This document shows, in pieces, positions 9,206 through 21,372 of a DNA stretch of 64,000 nt (the first letter of the stretch is position 1; every line of letters starts with the position of its first letter). The notes below the pieces were generated by a model. It made no database searches. It worked only from the letters and a program-made list of their open reading frames with translations, and was not told the DNA's origin. Position numbers and translations under genes: made by a program. Origin of the DNA: Dehalococcoidia bacterium (lineage in GTDB: Bacteria; Chloroflexota; Dehalococcoidia; Lucifugimonadales; VXLM01); contig OY759598.1 of assembly GCA_963662435.1 (NCBI GenBank), positions 3,442,507 through 3,506,506 on the forward strand, written 5' to 3'.

Positions 9206-9862
9206 TCACGATCTCTCAGAGATGACTCTCTTTGCGTACCTGAAACATTTCAGAGCTTCGGACTTGACATAGCCTTGGGATAGATGATGGCAGAATATTG
9301 CTGGAGCGCCTTTAAACGTAGACTCCCCAAATGTTTGATGGCCTTGTGAATGATTGTGTTCAGTGTTCTCCCAACGAATGTCAAATACTCTTGAAGCTCT
9401 GTCCCCGAAAACGATGACCACTTTTGGGTTGACTGCCTCGACCAGTCGCTCTACCCAGTCTGCCGAATGATTGCGCCAGACCGAGAATGATCCTGATCCA
9501 TTCTCCCAACGATTTGCATCCTTGGACTGCGCCTGCGGGAACACGGCTGGAAACGCCATGGCCGAAGTTTGGAGTGAAGAAAACAGCCCCGTGTCGTGGC
9601 ATACCCCGCGAAGAGCTTTGCCGAATCTGTACGGGCTGTCAACATACAGAAGCTTATTGGGCCAAGTCTTTTGCACCACCTGATCCGCCCCTCCCCCCTG
9701 AAAGGACAGTAGAAGAAGATCAGGTTCTGGGATCGGAGGCCCATACGAAATCAATAGCCCGTCCTTAACCACTAACCTTAGTTGCGGGTCCCTGAGCATT
9801 TCATGCGTTTCCGAATATGCCTCTCGCAGCAGCCCTTCTATCGAGTCTGTCACTTTAGTCAT
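9206..9862 (-). CDS. Uracil-DNA glycosylase-superfamily-like protein
   Basis: LVEAVNPKVVIVFG and FCHHLS motifs; lower GC than neighbouring genes. Confidence 0.5.
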   Translation of the reverse strand: MTKVTDSIEGLLREAYSETHEMLRDPQLRLVVKDGLLISYGPPIPEPDLLLLSFQGGGADQVVQKTWPNKLLYVDSPYRFGKALRGVCHDTGLFSSLQTSAMAFPAVFPQAQSKDANRWENGSGSFSVWRNHSADWVERLVEAVNPKVVIVFGDRASRVFDIRWENTEHNHSQGHQTFGESTFKGAPAIFCHHLSQGYVKSEALKCFRYAKRVISERS

Positions 9863-9873
9863 TTCTTTAACGC

Positions 9874-11676
9874 CTACCTATCCGTCCGATACAAGTACCG
9901 GGTGTCCCAGATCCCGTACAGCGTCGGCGTGGTATTGCCGAAGACGTTTCTGACGGCGCTGAGCCGCTCCGAGAGCGTCGTATAGAGCACCGGCAGGTTC
10001 TCAGCCGCTATTGCCTGGGCGCTGTGATAGTGTTCTATGCGCTTGGTCCTGTCGAGTTCCTGGCTGCCAATAATGTAGAGGTTGTCGATCTCAGCCTCCC
10101 AGTCCGTCGCCGGCTCCTCCTGGTTCGGGTTCCACAGGTGCAATGACTCGCTGCTGTGCCAGACGTTTATCCCCCCGTGAGGCTCCGTCCCTCCCGTCAG
10201 GCCGATCACCACCGCCTCCCAGTCATACGTCGTCGTCAGCTGACCTACGAGGTCTCCAAACTCGATCGTCTCGTAGTTCACCTGCACTCCTATCTTCGTT
10301 AGGCCCTCTAGAACGATCTGAGAAGCCCTGTCGCGCACACTGTTGCCCGAGTTCGTAACCAGCGAGAACTCGATCTTGTTCCCGGCGTCGTCCTCACGTA
10401 TCCCGTCCCCGTCGGTGTCCATCCAGCCGAGGCTGTCCATGAGCGAGTTCGCCTTCTCGATGTCGTACGGGTACTTGCGGACGGTGGCGTTGTGGAAGTC
10501 TCCGGCCGATGGGCTGATGGAGGACCACTGCGGATATCCGAGTCCGTGATGTACGTCCTCGATGATCGCATCCTTGTCCATGCTGTGGGCGACCGCGTGG
10601 CGGAACTGCTTCTCTTGGAACCAGCGCAGCTTCTTCGCGTCCACGTAAGGCTCGCCCGTCTCCGCGTTCGATCCCGAGTTCATGTTGAAGACCAGGAAAG
10701 TCGTTCCGAACCCGGGGCCTCGCTTGTGGATCGTAAAGTTCTCCTCCTCCTGTAGCGGTTCCAGTTGCGCATACTCCTCGCCCAGCACACCGTGAACGTC
10801 TGTATCTCCCATGCGGAACTTCATGAGCTCCATCTCTAGGTCCGGCACGATGATGTGAACGATCTCGTCCAGGTAGGGCAGACCATTCCCGCCGTCGTCC
10901 TTGAGCCAGTAGTTCGGGTTCCTCTTCATGACCACCCGCTCGGCCGGCGCATACAGCCCGATCGTGAACGGCCCCGTTCCTATTATCTCCGCCGGATCGG
11001 TCGTGATGTCCCACGTCGTGGCAAACGTGCCCTTGTCTACGTATTGATCGAGAATGTGCTTCGGATAGATCGCCGTGCCCATGGATCGCAGGAATGGCGC
11101 GAACGATACCGGGAGCTCACACAAGACCGTGTAGTCGTCCAGCGCCGTCACGGTCATTTCCCCCTGCGTCCACTCTCCGTCCTCCAGGTACCGGAACGTG
11201 AACGCCGGACGGCTGTTCGCCGGAATCTCATCGTTGTAGATAATCTTGTTGAAGGTGAATTCCACGTCGTGCGCCGTGAACGGCTGCCCGTCGTGCCACG
11301 TCACGTCCCTCCGCAGGTTGAACGTCCACGTCAACCCGTCATCCGAGTGCTCCCACGACTCCGCCAAAGCCGGCTCAACCTCGTCCGTCAGCCAAGATAT
11401 CTCCGTCAGCCCCTCGAACAGGTACCCAAGCACCCCCGACGACGACGCATCATTCGCGACCGCCAGGTTGAAGGTCAACGGATCGCTTATCGTCGCCAGC
11501 GTCAACGCGCCGCCCCGCTTCCCATTCACGTACTCGAACCTGTCGGCGTTCCTGATCAGCTGCTCTACCGTCGCCGCGTCATCCTCCTCCTCCCGCGCGC
11601 ACCCGACCACAAGGAGAACCAAGACACCCACCACCAGAGCGACAACCCGCCAATTGCGATTCTGAAGGTACTGCAT
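9874..11676 (-). CDS. ABC transporter family-5 (peptide/nickel) substrate-binding lipoprotein
   Basis: Lipobox LVVGC; PALAESW..S.DGLTWTFNLR.DVTWHDG and GTGPF motifs. Confidence 0.93.
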   Translation of the reverse strand: MQYLQNRNWRVVALVVGVLVLLVVGCAREEEDDAATVEQLIRNADRFEYVNGKRGGALTLATISDPLTFNLAVANDASSSGVLGYLFEGLTEISWLTDEVEPALAESWEHSDDGLTWTFNLRRDVTWHDGQPFTAHDVEFTFNKIIYNDEIPANSRPAFTFRYLEDGEWTQGEMTVTALDDYTVLCELPVSFAPFLRSMGTAIYPKHILDQYVDKGTFATTWDITTDPAEIIGTGPFTIGLYAPAERVVMKRNPNYWLKDDGGNGLPYLDEIVHIIVPDLEMELMKFRMGDTDVHGVLGEEYAQLEPLQEEENFTIHKRGPGFGTTFLVFNMNSGSNAETGEPYVDAKKLRWFQEKQFRHAVAHSMDKDAIIEDVHHGLGYPQWSSISPSAGDFHNATVRKYPYDIEKANSLMDSLGWMDTDGDGIREDDAGNKIEFSLVTNSGNSVRDRASQIVLEGLTKIGVQVNYETIEFGDLVGQLTTTYDWEAVVIGLTGGTEPHGGINVWHSSESLHLWNPNQEEPATDWEAEIDNLYIIGSQELDRTKRIEHYHSAQAIAAENLPVLYTTLSERLSAVRNVFGNTTPTLYGIWDTRYLYRTDR

Positions 11677-11847
11677 GTCAGTTACTCCCTATTCAAGGTG
11701 TTGAGAACGCCAGCGGTGTCCAATCGTTGTAGGCCCGAATGCTATCGCATTCAGAAGACGCTGTCGGTATAGGGACCACTCGGCGTATTCTGTGTTGACT
11801 AGCTAGACAACGTTGTTCCCTCGCCTCACGGTAATGATAAGCACATA

Positions 11848-11955
11848 TCTCCCCATCGCTTCAAGACGCTCAGTAGTCACGGTTCTCCCCATCGCTTCAA
11901 GACGCTCAGTAGTCACGGTTCTCCCCATCGCTTCAAGATGCTCAGGAGTCACGTT
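11848..11955. repeat. 36-bp tandem repeat, 3 copies, no spacers
   Basis: Unit tctccccatcgcttcaagacgctcagtagtcacggt; the third copy is diverged. Confidence 0.9.
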
Positions 11956-12067
11956 AATGTCTCCAATTTCAGGCGGTCCTGTCGGTGCCTTGACAGAAAC
12001 CCAGGCTGAGTCCGAACCCCTGACTACTCAATGAAAGCAGGACACTGAGCATCTTTCCTCAACTGCA

Positions 12068-12283
12068 ATGATTGCCGAACATCCTGCGTACCGGGAGATC
12101 ATAGGAATTGGCAGGGATGCTATTCCTCTCATCCTGCGCGACTTGGAAGAATCGCCGTCCCAGTGGTTTTGGGACCTCAGTTCAATTGCTGGCGAGACCC
12201 CTGTACGTCCTGACGACCGAGGAGATCTTGACGCCATGGCGACCGCTTGGCTCGACTGGGGCAGGCGCAACTTGTACATCTGA
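12068..12283 (+). CDS. Conserved hypothetical protein, probably the 3' part of a gene interrupted by TGA at 12032-12034
   Basis: HPAYREIIGIG..AIPLILRDL....WFW.L..IAGE.P; the upstream frame continues Q*KQDTEHLSSTAM. Confidence 0.5.
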   Translation: MIAEHPAYREIIGIGRDAIPLILRDLEESPSQWFWDLSSIAGETPVRPDDRGDLDAMATAWLDWGRRNLYI

Positions 12284-12686
12284 AGCCGGATTACCCCGAC
12301 AACAAACTTTGCCCCACCACCGCCCGTCATTCCGGCGAAGGCCGGAATCCAGTCTCTGGCCTATGCCATCAATCGCCTAAGGACAGGAAAACGGCCAACA
12401 TTTTCCTCTGAAAATAGCCCCCGTCCAGTACTCCGCAGAGGCGATTCGCGAATCGCCCTACCGCCACTTTCATGATTGGTGGTGCTGGTGAGAACCGACA
12501 TGAACGATTCCTCCTTTCCTCATCGACAGGTCACATGAGCACAAGCACTCAATTCCCTATCCCGCCAGCTTTGCGGGCTTATTAGCGCCCCTCCAAACAT
12601 CTCAAGACCTGCTGCACATGATACATTGTATCGATAAGGAATAGACTGCTATTCCTCTATGGAAATTCGGTTTACCCAACCAAGCC

Positions 12687-14699
<2,013 letters not shown>

Positions 14700-15211
14700 C
14701 TAGATTGACTGGTTCTTATACTTCGTCTAGCCGTTTAGACCCTGCGAGACTCCAAGATGATCGGTTCCTGGAGTTACCATGATTGTGGAGTTGTCAAAGC
14801 AGGGACGTGAAGATGCGCTCGGCCAGTCTACGGAGCGGCGGAAGGTACATTGGTCCCTCCCTTGTCGACCTACCAAAACGCTGGTCCCGTTCGGTGCATC
14901 GATATCCACGCTGATATTCTACCATTTTTCGGCGGAGCCGACAAGCGGATGGGCTTGCGGTAAACGGCAAATTTGACACAACAGGTCAAGGGGGTGTTTT
15001 GCAGACTCGGAGGGAAACCAATATCGCCCTGTTACTAAATCGCCTCCGAGGGCCTCTCAGTCCGCGCAAATGCCGGAAAAACGCAAGAGCTTGCCCCCAA
15101 TTCGTCGGATCGGCGGCAGATGATGGAGAATATACGTTCTGAAACAGCCGTTGTGAACCGGAAAGGATGAGAAGTTGTCAAAAGTTCGCCCGAACGACTG
15201 ATAGAAATCGG

Positions 15212-15499
15212 TCAGACACCCTCCACACCGATGACTCCCCCTACACCTGCGCCGTCGCGGAGCTTCTTCACCGGCGCGTATTCCGGCCCGTCCCAGAAGC
15301 CTCGCGCCGCCTCCTTGGAGTCGAATTCGATCACCACACGGCGCCGTCCGTTGTACTCCCCCTCGAACAACTCCACCTCGCCGCCCCGTACCAGGAATCG
15401 CCCCCCGTACTGCTCGATGATCGGTGTGACCGCCTCCCGGTACACCGCGTACTGTTCGGGTTTCAGTACCTCGGCCTCAATCAATAGGTAGTACGCCAT
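15212..15499 (-). CDS. DUF1330-family protein
   Basis: YGGRFLVRGG..E..EG....RRVVIEF.S.EAA..FW..PEY. Confidence 0.9.
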   Translation of the reverse strand: MAYYLLIEAEVLKPEQYAVYREAVTPIIEQYGGRFLVRGGEVELFEGEYNGRRRVVIEFDSKEAARGFWDGPEYAPVKKLRDGAGVGGVIGVEGV

Positions 15500-15672
15500 A
15501 GCTGCCGTCCGTTCTGCATGGGTTGAGACTGCGATCGGTCGCTCCCAAAAGAGGGCGCGCCCTCGCTCGCCCGTCCGTATGATAACATCCCGCGAAGACG
15601 GTACCCGGTTCTTGAGGATTTGAGCACTACCGTCATACCGGCGGAGGCCGGTATCCAGCGGGGGAGAGCAGC

Positions 15673-16131
15673 TTGAGAAGTCTCATACTGGTTACGTCCG
15701 CCATCTCCTCCATCGTCTTGATACTCCTCCTGACGAGAAAAAACCTCTCACGCGCCCACGGAGCGAACCTCGATCCCGACCACGTCACCGCCACCGCCAC
15801 CCTCGGAGGAATCACCGACCGCAGCGTCTCACAGTACTTCCGCGGCGGCCTCCTCACCGCGTTCCTGGGAGGCGTCTCCGTCGACCTCCGGCAGACCACC
15901 GTCATTGAAAAGCCTGCCCGCATCCACGTCAACGCCATCCTCGGCGTCGCCGAGATATCCGTTCCCCAGAACTGGAACGTGAAGAAAGACATCCATCCCA
16001 TCGCGGGAGGCGTCGACGACAGGAGGTCCCCCGTCCAACACCGCGACGATGACGCCATGCCTACCGACAACACCCCCGACCTCGTCATCACCGGCTCCGT
16101 GTTCCTGGGCGGACTCCTCGTTAGAGACTAG
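15673..16131 (+). CDS. LiaF/DUF2154-like cell-envelope stress protein
   Basis: FRGG.LTAFLGGVSVDLR...I.VP..W.V. Confidence 0.7.
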   Translation: MRSLILVTSAISSIVLILLLTRKNLSRAHGANLDPDHVTATATLGGITDRSVSQYFRGGLLTAFLGGVSVDLRQTTVIEKPARIHVNAILGVAEISVPQNWNVKKDIHPIAGGVDDRRSPVQHRDDDAMPTDNTPDLVITGSVFLGGLLVRD

Positions 16132-16214
16132 AAACGTTACCATCCCCGCCTCCGGCCTTTGACACGTCCACATACCCTACGTACAATCGCCTCACGCCCG
16201 CACCCTCAACACGC

Positions 16215-16988
16215 ATGGGGAGATACACCGTCATGAAAGGTCGCATATTCTTCGGAATTCTAGTCGTGATAGTCGGTGTCCTGCTGCTGCTCATGGCGCT
16301 GGATGTTCTCCCCATAGATGGCATAGGCGAGCTTCTCCTCTACATCCCGTCGTTGTTCATTCTCATGGGCCTCTATCAGCTCGTGGTGAACAAGTTCAAG
16401 CGGGCGGCCGGCCCAATCTTTACCATCGCCGTCGCCACGGTCTTCCAGTTATTGCTGCTCGACGTGCTCAAGTGGGCATACGTCTGGCCCATTGCCATTA
16501 TCCTAATCGGCGTTGCCATCATTGCCGGCGGGGCCGGCTACCACGGCAAGCGCAAGCGCCGTCGCGAACGCAAGAAGCAGCGTGAACGGCAACGCTCGAA
16601 GACCGCCGAAACCCGCACGAGTACCGAAGGCGATCTCGACATCTCCGTCACGATGAGCGAGGCCAATGAGCGAAACCGCTCCGGCGAGTTTAAGGGCGGC
16701 GAAATCGCCTGCGTCATGGGCACCGTCAAGCTCGACCTCTCCGAAGCCGAGATTGCCGAACCGCCCGCGCGCATTCATGTCGACATCGTCATGGGCGGCC
16801 TTGAGATAGTCGTGCCCGACCATTGGATCGTTCAAAACGACACCGCGAGAACAATGGGCGAGGTCGAAAACAACACGGCGAGCCGCAAGAGCGCCGCGCC
16901 GGATGGTGGAGCTACACTCATCCTCACCGGCTCCGTCGTCATGGGACACGCGACCATCGAGTCCGCATCTCCGGCCGCGGTCGATTAA
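16215..16988 (+). CDS. LiaF-family membrane protein
   Basis: Four N-terminal TM segments plus FKGGEIACVMGTVKLDLSEA...MGGLEIVVP..W. Confidence 0.8.
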   Translation: MGRYTVMKGRIFFGILVVIVGVLLLLMALDVLPIDGIGELLLYIPSLFILMGLYQLVVNKFKRAAGPIFTIAVATVFQLLLLDVLKWAYVWPIAIILIGVAIIAGGAGYHGKRKRRRERKKQRERQRSKTAETRTSTEGDLDISVTMSEANERNRSGEFKGGEIACVMGTVKLDLSEAEIAEPPARIHVDIVMGGLEIVVPDHWIVQNDTARTMGEVENNTASRKSAAPDGGATLILTGSVVMGHATIESASPAAVD

Positions 16989-17067
16989 CCCACCTGGCCC
17001 ACCCCTTAGAGATCAACTCGGAACACACATCGACGAGTCCTGGACACAGAATTAATTACAAAAAGCA

Positions 17068-17092
17068 CGTTCGCCCTGAGCCTGTCGAAGGG
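17068..17092. repeat. Dispersed repeat family A (gttcgccctgagcctgtcgaaggg), representative copy
   Basis: Related copies near 18321, 18466, 18611, 26581, 35158, 39014, 39668, 50575 and, inverted, 63343. Confidence 0.85.
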
Positions 17093-17148
17093 CGCTTCAA
17101 CATCAATGATGACAGTCTCAAGATAGTCTCACCAACGAAGGAAAAGTT

Positions 17149-18243
17149 ATGTTGACCATCATCGACCAGGGAATGATCTCCCACCGCCCCGACATCGGCG
17201 CATACATGCCCGTCATTACCCCCCTGCCCGACGGCACGTTCTTAGCATCCCAGCACGTCGGCGAGGAACTCGGCTCCCCCGATAACCACATCGAAGTCCT
17301 CCGCTCGCAGGACGGTAGGGAATGGGAGAATCGCGGCAGCATCCATACCCCCGACCACGACCTCGACAACTGGTCCTACCGCGCACCAAAGATTTCCATC
17401 GTCCCTGGCGGCATGGTCATGACCACGTCCCGCTTCGAGAAGAAGGAAAAGCTCTTCGACCCCAATACCGAGGACCTCGCACGCTGCGAGCTCGCCCTGC
17501 ACCGGTCTGACGACGGCGGCGACACGTGGTCCCCACCGCAGATCGTCCCCGTCCCGCTCGATCCCGAACGCTACACGTGGAACGGCGCCGGCAACCTCCA
17601 ACAGCTCGCACCCGACCGCTGGATGTACCCCCTCGAAACGTGGAAGCCCGAAGGCTACGTCGGCCCTCCCGACCAGAAGGCCGCCGCCGTCTTCTCATCC
17701 GACCAGGGAGATACGTGGGGAGAGTTCACCGTCGTTGCCGACGATACCACGGGAAGAACCCTCTGGTGGGACCAGATGTGCTCCGTCCTGCCCGACGGCC
17801 GAATCTACACCCTCATCTGGACTCACGTCTACGGAACGTCCAACGACCTGAACAACCACTGGACCATCTCCGAAGACCAGGGCCGCACGTGGTCCCAACC
17901 CAGGCCCACCAACCTGCGCGGACAGGTCTGCACTCCCATCCCCCTGCCGGACGGTCGCGTCGCCGCAATCTACAACTTCCGCCACGAGCCGCAGGGCATC
18001 CACGTCGCCATCACCGAAGACCTGGAGACCTTCGACGTCGATAACGAGGTCGTCGTCTTCGACGCAGGCGCCGAGGCCACCCTCGGCGACCCCGAGACCG
18101 ACAACTTCCTCGCCGAGCATATGCAGATCGCCTTCGGCAAACCCGGCGGCGTCCTCCTCGACGACGGCACAATCATGACCTACTTCTGGTGCACCGTCGG
18201 CGGCATAACCCACACCCGCTGGGTCCGCCTCAGCGTCGACTGA
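17149..18243 (+). CDS. Sialidase/BNR-repeat glycosidase-like protein
   Basis: Asp-boxes SDDGGDTW, SSDQGDTW and SEDQGRTW. Confidence 0.85.
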   Translation: MLTIIDQGMISHRPDIGAYMPVITPLPDGTFLASQHVGEELGSPDNHIEVLRSQDGREWENRGSIHTPDHDLDNWSYRAPKISIVPGGMVMTTSRFEKKEKLFDPNTEDLARCELALHRSDDGGDTWSPPQIVPVPLDPERYTWNGAGNLQQLAPDRWMYPLETWKPEGYVGPPDQKAAAVFSSDQGDTWGEFTVVADDTTGRTLWWDQMCSVLPDGRIYTLIWTHVYGTSNDLNNHWTISEDQGRTWSQPRPTNLRGQVCTPIPLPDGRVAAIYNFRHEPQGIHVAITEDLETFDVDNEVVVFDAGAEATLGDPETDNFLAEHMQIAFGKPGGVLLDDGTIMTYFWCTVGGITHTRWVRLSVD

Positions 18244-18319
18244 ACATCCTGAATCTACCCTGCCCACCGTCGAGCCGGAGCAACCCCGGCCACCGTTAAT
18301 CTTGAGCAACCCCTACACC

Positions 18320-18745
18320 CCGTTCGGCCTGAGCCTGTCGAAGGCCAAAAGGGGCTGCGCCTACTTATGCCGTGATTGAGATGGTTCCAGTTCGTCCCGA
18401 AAACCAATCCAATGACGTTGCACACCACCTCTCAACACCGTCGAGCCGGAGCAACCCCGCCCTCCGTTCGACCTGAGCCTGTTGAAGGCCAAAAAGGGGC
18501 TGCGTCTACTTATGCCGTGATTGAGATGGTTCCAGTTCGTCCCGAAAACCAATCCAATGACGTTGCACACCACCTCTCAACACCGTCGAGCCGGAGCAAC
18601 CCCGCCCTCCGTTCGGCCTGAGCCTGTCGAATGCCAAAGAGGGGCCGCGTCGACGGGTTCGTACCAATTCGTCCCGAATTCCACTCCAACGACACTGCAC
18701 ACCTCCACCCAGCACCGTCATTCCAGCAAAAGCGGGAATCCATCT
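18320..18745. repeat. Tandem array of 145-bp units (about 2.9 copies) built from dispersed repeats
   Basis: Units begin at about 18321, 18466 and 18611; the first two are nearly identical and the third is diverged. Confidence 0.85.
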
Positions 18746-18856
18746 TCAGACCCTTCCGTCCCTCTGTGTTCTCCCCGCTCTCTGTGGTAAGTTCCCCCTA
18801 TCCACCACCTGCGGTGAATCTCCTCCCGTCCAAGCACTAACCCGAAAGGCAACCCC

Positions 18857-19939
18857 ATGACCATCTCCCCTGAATACATCGCCACCCCCTTCGCCTCCGG
18901 CGTCGTCGGAAGCCTGCCACGTCCCATCATGGTGGAGGAGATGCTCCCCGACACACCCGGCATCGAGTCCGCCAAGGCCGCCACGTCCCCGCGCATGGAC
19001 GCTGCCGTCCGCTACGCCATCGCCATCCAGGAACAGGCAGGACTCGACCTCGTCAGCGACGGCGAGTGGCGCCGACACGCCTACACCCACATCGTCGCCG
19101 ACATCGCCACAGGCTTCTCCGCCGACCTCCGCGAAGAGCCCCGGCGCTGGGGCATCTCCATCACCGAGCCCATGGAGGTCGTCAACCCCGGCCTCATCGC
19201 CCAGGAGGCTCGCTTCCTCGTGAACGCCACCGACCGCCTCACCAAGGTCTGCGTACCCTCTCCCTACCTGCTCGGAGTCCGCCTCTGGGAGGAAGCCGTC
19301 TCCAAAAAGGCATACCCCACCCGCGATGAGTTCATAGACGCCCTCGTCCCCATCCTCCACGACGAGCTCGTCACCCTGCAGGACACCGGCGTCACCGTCG
19401 TCCAGATCGACGAGCCCCACCTCTGCGTCCTCGTCGACCCCGCATACCGCGACACCTTCGACGACCCCCGTTACGAGATGGACCTCGCAGCCGACAAGAT
19501 TAACGAAATCCTAGACGGCATCGACGGCGTCCAGACCGCCCTCCACCTCTGCCGCCGCAACTGGGGCAGGCAGGGTTGGGGAGCCGAGGGCGGCTACGAG
19601 CCCATCATCGAGACCATGAAGAAGATAAACGTCGACCAGTACGTCATGGAGTTCAGCATCCCCGTCGCCGGCGACGTCGCCATCCTCAAGGAGCTGCCCG
19701 ACGACAGGCTCATCGGCCTCGGCGCAGTCGAGTGCCGCTTCGAGAAGATCGACACCACCGACGAGATCGTCGCCCGCGTCGAAGAGGCCATCAAGCACGT
19801 CGACCCCGCCCGCCTAAGCCTCAACCCCGACTGCGGCTTCGCCCCAGGCCTCGGCATCGAAATGCCCCTCGAAGAACCCTACCTCAAACTCAAAAACGAA
19901 GCCGAAGCCTCCCGCATCCTGAGGGAGAAGTACAGGTAG
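18857..19939 (+). CDS. Cobalamin-independent methionine synthase II-family protein (catalytic domain only)
   Basis: VVGSLPRP, SDGEWRR, VQIDEP, HLCR and LNPDCGF motifs. Confidence 0.9.
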   Translation: MTISPEYIATPFASGVVGSLPRPIMVEEMLPDTPGIESAKAATSPRMDAAVRYAIAIQEQAGLDLVSDGEWRRHAYTHIVADIATGFSADLREEPRRWGISITEPMEVVNPGLIAQEARFLVNATDRLTKVCVPSPYLLGVRLWEEAVSKKAYPTRDEFIDALVPILHDELVTLQDTGVTVVQIDEPHLCVLVDPAYRDTFDDPRYEMDLAADKINEILDGIDGVQTALHLCRRNWGRQGWGAEGGYEPIIETMKKINVDQYVMEFSIPVAGDVAILKELPDDRLIGLGAVECRFEKIDTTDEIVARVEEAIKHVDPARLSLNPDCGFAPGLGIEMPLEEPYLKLKNEAEASRILREKYR

Positions 19940-19962
19940 TCGCATCTCCCTTAGTTTGCCTT

Positions 19963-19980
19963 TCGCACCTTAAGGTGCGA
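19963..19980. promoter_or_regulatory. Perfect 18-bp palindrome, likely HicB operator
   Basis: TCGCACCTTAAGGTGCGA between TTGCCT and a TAAT element, 11 nt before the hicA start. Confidence 0.6.
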
Positions 19981-19991
19981 TAATCAACCCT

Positions 19992-20198
19992 ATGACAAGT
20001 CGTGAATTCCTCCGGCGAGCCAGAGACTATGCCCGCAGGACAGGACAATCGTACAGATTCGACCCAACTCACGGTAAAGGCAGCCACGGCAGAGTCTACG
20101 TCGGTGGGCGGTTCACGACGGTGCAACGGGGCGAACTAAAGAAGGGCACATTGGCCGCGATGCTGCGGCAGTTGAACATCAGCAGAAGGGAGTTCTGA
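19992..20198 (+). CDS. hicA: HicA-family toxin
   Basis: GKGSHGRVY motif; ELKKGTLAAMLRQL. Confidence 0.85.
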   Translation: MTSREFLRRARDYARRTGQSYRFDPTHGKGSHGRVYVGGRFTTVQRGELKKGTLAAMLRQLNISRREF

Positions 20199-20201
20199 AC
20201 C

Positions 20202-20630
20202 ATGATCTACGCATACCCGTGTCAGCTGACCCCCGATGAAGACGGAGGATTCGTAGCAACCTTCCCCGACGTGCCCGAGGCCATCACTGACGGGGACGAC
20301 CGGGCCGAGGCATTGGCGATGGCGGAGGACGCACTCGCAACTGCCCTCGCCGGATACGTCCATGAGAAGTGGGAGATTCCCACGCCCAGTGAGCCGGCTG
20401 ACGGTCAGTTCTCCGTGCCGGTGCCGTCCGTCGTAGCCGCCAAGCTTGCCCTGTATTCAGCTATGAGGGCGCAGCACATCACCAAGGTGGAGCTTGCCGA
20501 AAGGTTGGGCGTCAGTGAGTCCGCCGTGCGCAAGCTGACTAACCCCGACCACCGCTCACATATGAACCAGGTGCAAAGGGCGCTTCGAGAGGTGGGCCGC
20601 AGACTCAAGGTCGAGGTCACGGTAGCCTGA
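20202..20630 (+). CDS. hicB: HicB-family antitoxin
   Basis: FVATFPDVPEAITDGDD.AEALAMAEDAL plus HTH. Confidence 0.9.
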   Translation: MIYAYPCQLTPDEDGGFVATFPDVPEAITDGDDRAEALAMAEDALATALAGYVHEKWEIPTPSEPADGQFSVPVPSVVAAKLALYSAMRAQHITKVELAERLGVSESAVRKLTNPDHRSHMNQVQRALREVGRRLKVEVTVA

Positions 20631-20641
20631 GAGAAACACCG

Positions 20642-20818
20642 GAGATCGTCGCCCGCGTCGAAGAGGCCATCAAGCACGTCGACCCCGCCCGCCTAAGCCT
20701 CAACCCCGACTGCGGCTTCGCATCCGGCCTCGGCATCGAAATGCCCCTCGAAGAACCCTACCTCAAACTCAAGAACGAGGCCGAAGCCGCCCGCATCCTC
20801 CGCGGGAAGCACGGGTAG
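20642..20818 (+). repeat. 177-bp direct repeat of the 3' end of the methionine-synthase-like gene (19763-19939)
   Basis: First ~80 bp identical, remainder diverged, includes the stop codon; a third, more degenerate copy lies at about 21504-21594. Confidence 0.9.
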
Positions 20819-20841
20819 CCCCAGACCCAACTCTCGCGCTC

Positions 20842-21372
20842 CTACGACCCCGAGACGTTTCCGCCCGTGACCGCGTAAATGACGAGGTTAATGATCGCCA
20901 CCGGGATGAACGCGATCAGGATCACTATAAAGGCCCTGAATGTCGACGTGTAGTCCAAACTCTGCCGAACGCCAACGACCATCGCCATGAACGTCCACAG
21001 AAATGCCACGAAGGTGATGAGTCCCCCGACCGCCGGGACGAAACTCAACACGTTCAGAAGACCCGGCGTCTGGGCGAAACCCGTGCAGCGCGCCAGCTGG
21101 CCCCAGTCCGCTTCCGTCTTCAGTATCGTGGCGCCAATGATCCACGTGAACAGCGCCCAGATCGCCCAGCTCACCACTCCTCGGATTACTCCGATGAGCA
21201 GCGCATTGACGACATCGAAATTATCTCCGCCAGCCAACATCTGGCCGACAACGCTCGCGATGGTGACGACGACCACAACGATCAACGCCTGTATCGTAGC
21301 TTTGTTGTCGCTCTCCACCTCCTCGTAAGTGGCAACATCCAACCGGGCCGCGCCCAGCATTCTGCCTAACAT
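20842..21372 (-). CDS. YIP1-family membrane protein
   Basis: LD..TYEEVE.D..AT.QA...GFAQTPG...VRQSLDY; five TM segments. Confidence 0.8.
   Translation of the reverse strand: MLGRMLGAARLDVATYEEVESDNKATIQALIVVVVVTIASVVGQMLAGGDNFDVVNALLIGVIRGVVSWAIWALFTWIIGATILKTEADWGQLARCTGFAQTPGLLNVLSFVPAVGGLITFVAFLWTFMAMVVGVRQSLDYTSTFRAFIVILIAFIPVAIINLVIYAVTGGNVSGS

Noticed and set aside
11848..11955. 36-bp repeats as a CRISPR array
   Set aside because: The units are directly adjacent with no spacers, and no cas genes are nearby
15127..15140. AGAAT-ATAC-GTTCT as a LexA box for gyrB
   Set aside because: An imperfect match about 470 bp from the start codon with no clear promoter context
18320..18745. Regularly spaced repeats as a CRISPR array
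   Set aside because: The intervening sequences are near-identical duplicates, not unique spacers
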